A stretch of DNA of 53,378 bases, counting the filler, from Bipalium vagum (taxonomy: Eukaryota), in assembly GCA_037834085.1 (NCBI GenBank). It is 3 parts of 3 records of this genome, joined end to end, with 100 filler letters (N's around TTAATTAATTAA, not from the genome) between each part and the next. Parts side by side here need not be neighbours in the genome. Positions count along the whole stretch, not along the records: positions 1 to 17,656 come from JBBMKC010056817.1; 2 more parts are not named here. One strand, written 5' to 3'. The notes under the pieces were generated by a model. That model saw nothing but the letters and a program-made list of their open reading frames with translations, was not told the origin of the DNA and did not search any database. Below, in pieces: positions 1-11,109 of the stretch. Each line of letters starts with the position of its first letter. The stretch's first letter is position 1. The translations under genes and the position numbers were made by a program.

Positions 1-34
1 AATAATAATAATAATAAATAATAATAATAATAAT
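1..34. repeat. (AAT)n microsatellite at left end of window
   Basis: About 11 AAT units with one extra A, read directly. Confidence 0.95.
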
Positions 35-679
35 CCTTGGCATCTCATCAGTTGATTAAATACTCTCCTAGAACTTGACTCAGCTAGCTGGTCAGTCGAA
101 GGCATTGGTTCATAATTATCTCTTATCATCCTGGAGATAAAATGTAGGAGACAGTTACGGCAGTCTATCCTCACCTCAAACCCGTTGAAAGGGTGAGATT
201 CAGAAATGGATATTCAATAGTGATCGTTCCCGTAGCTCCTTCCAGATTGCTTCTAGCAGTTGTTGATCCAGTAGCTTTTTACGAATTTCCAACTTCCTTC
301 TGAGTCTTGGTTCCAGATATAGTGAAAATCCACTACCTTCATTCTCTTGAAACTGAGAATTGTGAATAGAAATTTCACGAACATATAAAGTAGATCACAT
401 AACTGATGCATAAGCACATCTACTCATCCAGTATTCAAACACGAATCACTGAATAAAAAATAAAACACACTTTACATATAAGTGTAAAACCAGTGCAAAT
501 GCATATCTATGAAGAAAATACTTTATAATAATAAAGAGTGCCCACGATGAAAAGTGGTCGATATAAAAGTAATATAAAAACTATAGGACAAAGAGTATTT
601 TAATAAAACTATACTTATTTTAAACAGATTGTATACCAAAAAAAATTCCATTTATATTTAACAGTATATCTTAACCCCG

Positions 680-1330
680 ATAAAATTGGCGAACTTATCT
701 TTTTACTCCTCCCATCAACTTCTATGCAGTTATTCTAGTTACTTTATCCGTTGATTTCTTTACTTTCTTTTAAAGTCTTCCTTCATTATTTGCAGCGCCC
801 TGGGCGATATTTAAGTTTCTTTTTACAATTTCCCAGTATTTTTCTATTTCTCTGAGTATTGGGTAGTTAGAAGGGTTGGTTTGTCAAAGAACAATTTTCA
901 AATTACTTGTTTTGTATCATTCTAATGTATCTTTAGTATAATGAGAACTTGCAAGAGCGGGTCAGTACAAAGTAACATAATCATGCTTATTAATAAAAGA
1001 CAATGGACATTTTTGAAGGCACTCTTTCATGTAAATTTCTTGATTCATTGTTCCAGTTTTGAAAGAAACTTTCAATTTTTTCACATGTACAAATGGCTTA
1101 CTATGCGAAGTATTTCTTTGGAAATTTTGAAAACTTTTTCCTTTTAAATCTTTTAGAAACTGCGTCCTTAGCCTCTGCAAAATAATATTTCTAACCTTTC
1201 TTTTGTTTGAGGTCTCCTTTAATGTAAGTGTCATCGTCCAGAATAACACAATCAACTTTGATAAGGAAATTTTCATAAAGCTTTCTCGAACATTTTTAGA
1301 GATCTTTGAATATGCAGCTGTATTTCCTCG
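680..1330 (-). mobile_element. Decayed Tc1/mariner-superfamily transposase, DD37E (ITmD37E)-like, C-terminal half
   Basis: Frameshifted translation gives RKLYENFL..CVILDDDTYIKGD, KFPKKYFA**AICTC, KTGTMNQEIYMKECLQK, LY*PALASSHY and NPSNYPILREIEKYWEIVK. These match the MDDETY/KFPKKYLVWQAIC/WPDLASCHY/NPPNCPELRPIE motifs of this family. Family assigned from recalled motifs. Confidence 0.75.
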
Positions 1331-2454
1331 TTTCAACTTGTTTGCCAATTTTTGTTGCTAATATTTATTGATCAACAAAATTAATAAATTAAGATTTTAA
1401 TACATTAAGATTTTAATTTTTAATAATAATAGTATTAGAGCAACCATTCAAAAATTATCACAGTTTGTAATCGACTAATTTTCATCATGGGCAGTTTTAT
1501 TGATAAGAATATTAAAGAAAAGATGGGAGGAGTAGGATTAAAAATAGCCTATAAGTACTGCAAATATATAAGGTAACTCTGAATAGCCACCATAGCAATT
1601 AAATCAGCGAAACACTAATTTATTTGCATTTCTTCAAAGACATTTAGAAAACATTCTTTTGGAAAATATGGAAATCTGGGAAAAAAATTATGAAACCCAA
1701 CAATTTTTCCAAATACTATACTAAGAATAATAAAGTAAAAGAAATATAATCAAAGAAAACTATTAATTAGCAATGATTTAAAATTTGAAATCAAATAAAA
1801 TGATTTAAGAATAAATAAAAAACGTGTTCCAATTATTACTTTAAAGCATTGAAAGAAAAATTAAATGGGCATTAATAGCTTATAATTCATTATAAATCTT
1901 AAAAATTTATAAACTAAGATTTTAAAAATTCCTGACAATTTATATTTTTTATCAATTTATTCAAACTTTTTAGTAATTAAAATTGTTAAAAATTTAGATT
2001 TACATATAATTAATTAGAATTTTATCAGAAATTATTTTTATGAATCTGTTTAAATTTATTTTTAAAGTATTTGACTTTAGGATAATAATTATTTATTACT
2101 TTAATATATAAATTAACAAATAAAACAAATTTTAAATAAATTTGATCTATTAATTTTTAATTTGATGAATAATTTTGAATTAACTAAAATTTTTACATAA
2201 AATTTTAACTTTATTAATGACATAAATGACTAAAATATTTAATACTATAAAATTTTTACTTTTAATATCAATTTGTTAATAAAATAAATATCTGAAAATT
2301 ATAATTGTTTTAATTGTTCCTAAATTTAAAATTATCAGCCATTTTCGTATGAGTTTATAAATAAATCTGTTATAATTTTAATCCATGTAATTAATTTAAT
2401 TTTAAAGGAAAAAATTACACTCATTTAATATTAGTATCACTATTGCTTAAAGCC

Positions 2455-5400
2455 ATGAACCTAAGAATACCCCCTGTCATGTCTGGTAATGTAAATGGAC
2501 CATCTCTGTCTGCTTCAGTTATCAACAGCAACTCAGGTCCCATGCTAGAGTCTGGAGTTCCAGTGCTACATCCAAATCAATATGCGTTAGCGGGGATGAT
2601 GCAGCATGGTAATCCTCATCTACATGAGCGAGAATTAATGCTCGGATCTGGTATGAAATAATCCATTACATATTGTAAAGATACAATTTTTCAGGCATGC
2701 CAGTTGGGCCAATGGGACCCGGTCCACATGGTGGTATGCCACATTTAGGACCCCACTTGATGCATCCTCATCATCCGCACCACAATCATCCAAATTTGCA
2801 AATGTAAATTTTAGTCCTAACAAACTGTTTGATTTTTACTCGTTTCATCAGGGCTCGAAGCAACAATCCGTACGTCCCGTCGTTGGACTGCAAACTAAAT
2901 GAGTTCAACAGACGACTTCAACAGAGAACGGAAGACTGTGATAACATTTGGTGGGACACATTGATTACGGAATTTTTCGAAGACGATGCCGCTCTGACAA
3001 TCACTTTCACAGATGAAGGGCCAAAACGATACAGTAATGTTTTTCCAATCAAATTTCACATCTAAATGACCAAAAATCTGTATTTAAGCTATGATAACTA
3101 TGTACCCCCTAAATTAAAAAAAACGGAAGCGACTTAAAAAAATTATCACATTCTTTTTTCAGATTTTGTTAATGCTTCGGTAATCGAAACTTTAATCAAT
3201 ATTCTATTTAATTTTTTTATACTTAAATATTTTACTAACCGATCTAAAATTCAAAAATAGATCTATTAAAATTACCGGAGCTTTTTTTTCAGGATATTGT
3301 AATGTATTTCTCAGGTGAATTCTGATGTGAGTCTTTTATGTTAAGCCTTTGTCAATCGATATAATAAATATTGAAACCTTATGAAAGGTACCTTAACTAG
3401 TGTTTAAATTTCGCATTCTAAAAAAAGATTCCTTTGGGAAAAGTAATACACAGAGATATGAGAAATACTAAATCATTTTTATTCTCTCTAAATATCAATA
3501 ACTTTAATTGAAGAACATGATGAAAAAAATGTAAAAACTTAGGAAATCTATTTTGTTTAGACGAAGAGATCATTTTTTCAGAATTCTGTTTTAAAGAAAT
3601 ATTGACTTTCAAAATGATTTTTAAGTCAAAAATTGATTCTGAATGATAATTAATCATACGCGATCAATATCCTTCAAGATATCTACAATGAATATTTGTC
3701 ATTTAGTTAATTATTTTTGATTTTCTTTATTATTTCTTGTGATAAAAAGTGAAAACATCTACATTTTGCTATGGGGTATTTAGTGATATTGAACAAAAAC
3801 TCGCAGTAAAAGTTTGATTAAACTTAGATAAGACATAATACACTTCACAATCCTTTATTCACAGATTCGAATTTTTAACTAGACCAAAATCAGTTTTCAA
3901 ATTTTATTTCGATCTTTAAAAACATTTTTATAATCGATAACAAAAGAAAACCAATTTTGACAATTTGGATGATGTTAAGAGGCGATATAATTAAACCTTT
4001 CTATTTTTAAAAATTATGAATATCTCTTAGGCATGTCAACAGTTTTAGAAGAAATTCGTTATTTTATCGACGTATTTAGTTCAATTAATTCAATAATTAT
4101 TTAAAAATTCATGATTCATAACAAAAAATTACAATTCATGACATGCGAGTGATCTGTTTCAAATTTATTTCTTCTGCTTATTTTCGAGTATAAATAAAAA
4201 TAAATTGGTCAAGAATTGTATGTCTCATTACTGTCAATATTTATTTTTCAGCTATCGGTCGAACTCTGATACCGAGATATTTCCGGAGCATTTTTGACAG
4301 TGGGTGCAATGAATATTATTATTTTCTGCGTTCCGTGAGGGAAAGTTACCACACGTCCACCATAGTTTTGGACAGTGAGTCTGCTCAAATGATAATGACT
4401 TTTCCGCGCACAATGCCACCTACAACAATTACGGTCGAGGGCCGATTGGTTTTGGATTTTAATTTCGACGATCTTTTGAGAATAAGAAGCTGGACGTTTC
4501 AGATCAGAAATCACCGGGAATTTATTTTGCGATCGATGCCTGGCTTTGGTGTAAGTTATCAAAAATGTCGATTTTTGTTATATCTATTGATTCAATCATT
4601 TAATTTTAATGTAATAAACGATAAATTAGGAAAATTTAAAAATAATTTCCGATTCCAAAATTATTTTAATCAATCGATTGGAATTTTTTGTGGTACTATA
4701 TAGATAAAAGATATAGGTTTGTGGAAAAGTTCTAAGACAGTCTTAAAATCTGTTACTCTGTTTGTAAATGAGATATTTACTTAATCAATATATATTTGAA
4801 TATTTAACTATTTAGTTCAAAATAGACTGAGGGTGAAAGTTGTTGGCAGTGCTTCAGAGAATGGTATTTGTTTTAATAAAAATAGCAGATAATAGTCCAG
4901 TATTCAAATAAACCTGTCTTAACTCTTATTTACATCTTCAAAAATTGTTTTTAGTCCTGTGAATTCCATGATTACAGAAAGAAAGATTAAGGAAAAATAT
5001 CTTTAAAAATATTAAGATTTTCTGACAAAGTACATTTTAACATTTATATAAATGTTGAAAATAAATTATATAAATTGAAATTTAATTTTAAAAATCAATC
5101 ACTCGATTAATAATAGATTTGACCTAAAAAGTAATAAGAAAATAGAGACCAAGTTTTGAAAAGTTTGAATATTCTAGTAATTAAGAGCGTCAAAATAAAA
5201 ATAGATCAGTAAAAAATTAATGTTGATAGAATTTTTATTGTTGCGAAAAATCAGTTATCATAAAATTTTAAACGAAATAGATTTTAAAGAGAAATTATCA
5301 TTAAAGAATAAAATAGGCAATAGTTGCAAACATAGATATTCTTCTATCGCCATGCATCAAAGTTATTAACAAAAACGAGTTTTCGTTAATATTTATTAAA

Positions 5401-8210
5401 AATACCGATTTAAATTTCAGTGTAACCAAGAACAAATGTTGATGGAATTCTCTAAAAACCTCACCCGATGTGGTATTCCGAATTACACGATGCACTTTTT
5501 CCGAATATGCACCATTCTAGAACCAATGCAGGAATTAATGTCTCGACAAAAGGCCTACAGTCTTAGTCCCAAAGATTGCTTAAAAACGACATTGTTTCAA
5601 AAATGGCAACGAATGGTGGCTCCGCCAGGTCAGCAGCAAAAGTCAGGTGATGTATTTATCAAGTTTAAAATGATTCATATTAATTGTTTTGTACTGCCCC
5701 CGTTGTCAGAGAACAAAAGGTTTTAATTTAATTCTCTTTTATTGTAACTTTCCAGAGTCCAGTCGTCAAACCAATAAACGCAGAAAAAGAAAGGGATCCA
5801 ATGCCAACTCAGATTCGGCTTCGGGTCGCAGTTCGAAACGAAAACAAAGCCCCGTACCATCGTTGTCCAATCTCAACCAATCGGGCGTTAGTTATTTTTA
5901 TTCTTACATTTAGAGACTGTCAGTAAGCACATTTAATACGTCGTCAACCTTTAAAATATTAAAAATATATATATTGATTTAAAAATTATTTGAAAAAGTT
6001 TATATTTACATTTAATAAAACATGATAAATCTATAATCAAATTTATAGAAGTAATAAATAATAAACTTAATTATAAGAGGAAATTATCAATATCATCATC
6101 ATATGTGTTCGTCTTTATTTTTTGTGTAGGATGTTATGATTGTTGGTGAGCCGACTCTAATGGGAGGTGAATTTGGTGACGAGGATGAACGATCAATTAC
6201 AAGATTGGAAAATACACAATATGACGGTTCTGGTAACACTATTTCCGGCTCCATTATGTCAATTGGGCAGTCTGCACAGCAGTTGCCAAACATTAGCGGT
6301 CCACACATGGTTATGTCCATGTCCAATTCTATGAACAGCGGTAACAATAATCAATTCTCAATATCCAACCCGGAACACCTGTCTGCTTTTTCCACCAATC
6401 AATCCGATTTGAAAACCAATGACATGTCGTCAAATATGAATGGATCTCTAAACAATCTTCTGAAATCCGATTCTCGAATGAGCAATTGTTAGTCGTCGTG
6501 TTTTTTTTCATGTTAACAAAAAACACAATAAATGAATTAATGAATGAATAAATAAAAATATCGTTGATTATCAACAATTACATTTTTCGATCACAGGTTC
6601 TCAATATTCAAGTGGTTGTAATACTCCCAATAAAAAAAACCCCTGCTCTCAAGATCATCAAACGGCCGATGATCCATCGGCACGAATATTAAAAAATGGT
6701 GGACCACCGAGACCAACGTCACAGGGCGCCAATCAAATCCCAGGTTATTTTGAGTAGAATTAAGTATAACATGTATATTTGCTCTTAGACAAATAACACA
6801 AAGATCCCAAGAAGCCACTTTTAATTTAATAAAAAGCAGAGTTTTACTTTTTAATGCACCATTGCTATCACCTCATCTTATCATTTTATTAATTAATAAT
6901 ACCGAATAATAATAATATCTCACTGAATTGATTTTTTTTCAGTGATGATTGTTTTCCTTTTTTTCATGTCATCATATTATGTGCATTCCCATTTCACATT
7001 ATAAAAATCTGTTTCTTCTGAGGATGATAACCGAATTTTTCCTGATACACGACTGTATCAAGTCAGTTATTGGAAATTGTGCCAAATATCTTAATCATTA
7101 TAATTTTGTAGTATTGATCTGATTTTACGTTTCGTCATTTTAACCTGAGTGTAAAAACATGTAATTTTTCGTTATATATATTTATATTTATCAATGGCTT
7201 GACATTATGATAAACCTTGAATGAATGAAGCATGTCTATCTCAATGTTCCATGTCTTGAATATTTAGTATTTTATTTATAATCAATAATAATTATTAATA
7301 TCGATTAGAATAATATTAATAATAATCCATTATGGTCGATAATAATACTTACTATTATAATAATAATGATTTAAATTCATTTATCGATTCTATAAACAGA
7401 AGTTGTATATTAGTAAATATCAGGAAATTTATCATATTTCTACTTAATATCCATTGAAAATGATAACGTTGGTGCAAAATTATTCTGAAATTTTATGAAT
7501 AAGATGTAATTTTGAACTATTTTCTCGTTTATAAGTTCCTAATAAATGAAGATAATTCTGTGCGGGTTTCATTAATTTTGAAAAATATCGGTATACTATT
7601 TTAAAAGAAGTTGTTTTCGTAAATATTTTTTCAAAAGATTTTATCGATTTTTGTGAAAATAATGTATTGAAAGACAATATTAAATCAATGAAATTAGCAA
7701 GCAAACGTTTTCAGAAATTAAAGGAGTAAAGGGATATCTTAGCATTATTCTACTTTATGTTACAATATAAATTTATTTTCGATTTATCGAAAAAATATCA
7801 AAGAAATTCAAAAAGTATATTTTATTTTATAAAATTTTGTTTCAAACTTATTTTATGCGAAAAAGTGGATTGGAATATTCACCATTATATATTTTGATAT
7901 TTGCTAATCGATTAATTGTTTTGATTTTTTATAAAATCAATAATACATTGAAATTAATGATAATATGTTGATTATTATTATTTTATAAAATTATTATTGT
8001 GCTTTAAGCATGGAGATTGTATAGATTATTTTGACATGATAATGTAATGTTATAGCTTTTCAAGACGGTCTTTTTGAATTTGACAATTTGTTGGAATTTT
8101 CAGAAAAAAGTGGAGAGTTGATGAATGACCATCAGAGACCTATTAGTGAGCCTCTGCCAATGATATCTGGTTCTGCCAACACAGACTCTAAGATTTACGC
8201 TGACACTTAA
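2455..8210 (+). CDS. LDB: LIM-domain-binding protein (LDB1/2, Chip orthologue). Exons 2455-2650, 2695-2803, 2852-3033, 4252-4550, 5421-5628 (alt. end 5646), 5756-5886, 6130-6487, 6597-6743, 8056-8210; 594 aa
   Basis: All introns are GT-AG and phase-consistent. Dimerisation domain (DNIWWDTLITEFFEDDA..GPKRYTIGRTLIPRYFRSIF), LCCD (ILEPMQELMSRQKAYSLSPKDCLKTTLFQKWQ), NLS (KRRKRK) and LIM-interaction domain (DVMIVGEPTLMGGEFGDEDERSITRLENTQY) are all present. Start is GCCATG. The last two exons are inferred from splice phase only; without them the ORF stops at 6492 or 6757. Confidence 0.95.
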
Positions 8211-8435
8211 CTTGCCATTTAAATTATTGCTATTAATTGTGGCTGTGTTTATATTGTAAATAATTACAGTTTACTTGTCTTGCTAAGATTGTTGTTATTT
8301 ACTTTTCTGTACATGGAAATATTGACTCTATATAATCTTGTAAACTTTGTAAATTTTAAAAAAATTGAACATAAAATAAATAATTTATTTTGTATTATAT
8401 TAAATCATTTCAATCACAGTATCATATCTGTATCA

Positions 8436-8998
8436 TTATTTATTCCAGACTGGATTAGGGGAAACAATAGAACCATCTCTGTAATTTGCTGACTAAAACA
8501 TATTCTTTAGTTTAAAAACTTAGAAGATTATCAAAACAACACTTACCGTCGTTTTAATCATCAATTTCAACGTGTTGATTTGTTCTTTTTTTAAATTCAA
8601 CATTTTTGATATTTCAATAATTTTTTGTTTTTCAATATTGAGTCCTGTTCCTTTCAAATTGTCAAGTGAATCAATAATCTTTATTTTCTGACTAAAAATC
8701 AAATTTTATTTTACGTTCTATACACACAAATAATATACTCAAATAGTTCGTCATATTCATAACAGAGACTGAAATAAATACTCCTTAATTTGTCAATGGA
8801 ACAGTTTTGGAATTTTTCGTTGTTTCTGAAAACGAAATTTTGTGATTTAGTTTTTTTGTTTATTTGACTCTTGACAACGGAATTGTGACTTGAAGTAGAA
8901 CTGCCAAGGATGAAAGGACAATTCATTTCCCTTCCACTGTTCAAGCTACAACTTCTGTTAAAAGACAATTGTGAGCGAGACTTTAAGGCTTCATTTTC
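8436..8998 (-). CDS. Last three exons (8998-8739, 8691-8547, 8492-8436) of an unidentified protein-coding gene; 5' exons not located
   Basis: Two short GT-AG introns (47 and 54 nt) join one open frame: ENEALKSRSQLSFNRS..YEYDELFDQKIKIIDSLDNLKGTGLNIEKQKIIEISKMLNLKKEQINTLKLMIKTTSANYRDGSIVSPNPVWNK*. A polypyrimidine-AG acceptor precedes 8998. Confidence 0.65.
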
Positions 8999-10149
8999 CT
9001 AAAATTTTTTAAAAAAAATACATAAGAACGCAATATAATTAAGATGGGTATTTTTATGGGTATAATTAAGATTTTATTATAAAAAAACAATAAGGTAAGT
9101 ATTTTACACACCAACCAGATAAGAGATGTTTCTAATGATGCTAAATATGCAGTGTGATTATTAGATTACTAAATTAAATTTAAGAATCATAATCATAATT
9201 GTATTATTTAAGGTAATAGACCATTAATTTCCGTGGAACCAGAGAACGATTTAAAAGCTTTTTCTATTTTAATAATAATTTTTGAATAAGATCATTTTGA
9301 ATTACCGAGCCGAGCCACCTATTTTTAAAATAGAGCCTTTTAAGGGTCAGCTTACGATTTATTGTAAAGGTCAAAATTAAATTCAAAAAAATTGGCTATG
9401 AATCGTATTTTGTAAAATGATAATTTAAATAACACGTTTGTATGAATTTTCAGTGAAATTAAAGAGTAAATTTATAATAATTTTCACGAAAGATGGTTCC
9501 AAAATTTACCATTCTAAATACAAATAAGCCCTTATATAAGAGTAAAAAATTAATAAGGTAATACAAATTTAGACAAACAAGAGATAGGCTATTAAATAAA
9601 CTACTGGAAAAACATTGACAACAGAATAATATAATGCAGAAGAGGCAGAGAACCAATTATATTTTGTGATTGAATAATTATAAATTAAATTTATTCGATT
9701 TCAATTCTAAATTCATTTCATTGGATTTTAATTCCACTTTTAAAATGTTATTTCACATAGTGCAATAATTGTTCTTGATCCGATAATTTTAAATAAAGTT
9801 CGAATTTTACAGTATAGAGAAAGAGTTGCGACTGATGATTTTGTGAGAGAATTTGCATCATAATATAAAAGTAATCAAAATAATAATAATATTTTTAAAA
9901 CATAATAAACCATATCTGAATATTATAAATTCATAAAGTAATATAAACTTATTTTTATATAATGATAAGGTTGTTGATTAACAATTTGCTTTTGAATAAA
10001 CTATTGATAATGGTTATGATGCCAGAGATCAAATGTGATTTCGCAGAAACTATCACGGGAACCACACCAACATCGGATCGGTTATTAAGGAGATTAATGC
10101 CTTAGGTAATCAGGATGAGTGACAATCTGACTGAGATTTTTCGATGCAT

Positions 10150-11000
10150 CTAAAATTGACAAAAAACAACTGAAATCATGTTGAAAGCCTTATTATATAA
10201 ATATCTCACCAAGATTTAAGAAATTGGGATTAGAAGCTAGTATCCGAAAATCACTTATGAAATTATTAATACAAAAAACTGTGCGATACAATAAGGCCCA
10301 AAGGATGCTAAGACATTTAGTGAGAAGACTGAAAGGATAGGATATAGAATTAATAATAGTAACACATGATTTGAATGAGAAAGCCCTGTAAAGAATAGAG
10401 AAAAGAGAATTGGTTGGAATATATATATGAGTATATAATTTGAGTATAATGAGTATATAATGAGATGAGGACATAAGAATTCCCAGAAAGAATATCGTTT
10501 GATAAATGCAATGAAGATCAAGTTTGACAAATATTGAATTCCTGCTATACTTTGAAGAGTTATGAGTATGAAGACATTGGAAGTATTGAGGGGGGGATAA
10601 ATTTTATCACATGTAATGAAAATTTTGCGGTGTGAAAATGATAGCGAAATAAAGATGAGATGAATGATAGAAATAGAAGTACGACTGGGTTATATTAGCA
10701 TAATAAATTTTAAAGTTGTGGATAAAAATCACCGAATATTATTGGGGACAGAAGTACAGAAAAAATATGGATTCGATCAACAGTGGAAGATGAAAGCTTT
10801 CACATATGCAATATCGAAGCACAATTTGAAAGAAAGGTACACAAGGAAGAGATTCCAAAAAGCTTTGAAATCCCTTAACGTGGTCGAGGGATCTAGACTG
10901 GGTGAAGTAATTAGAAAAAATGAGGATACATTTATTACAGATGAATGGGATATCAGGTGCAACTTCTGCATTTTGAACACAAATATATGAAGAGATTGAC
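10150..11000 (+). mobile_element. Degenerate Gypsy-like gag/protease-linker fragment
   Basis: Purine-rich broken frames; FKVVDKNHRILLGTE resembles an aspartic-protease C-terminus and EVIRKNEDTFITDEWDI the pre-RT linker. Confidence 0.4.
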
Positions 11001-11109
11001 AATTTACGAGAGTGGGTCGAAAAATTCGGCGAATAATAAATGCAGTGGTGCCATATTTAAACCTTTGTATATAAATTCTATAAAACCATATTCAGTAATC
11101 AAAATACAA

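Noticed and set aside
35-80. Minus-strand CTGATGAG as a hammerhead ribozyme core
   Set aside because: No GAAA or stem II before the repeat tract and no pairing stem I. The motifs near 7020, 34410 and 46391 also lack a GAAA and closing stems.
2635-6818. Antisense ORFs over LDB (2635-2823, 4248-4562, 6099-6347, 6329-6577, 6591-6818)
   Set aside because: Shadows of GC-richer LDB exons with no independent splice or homology support.
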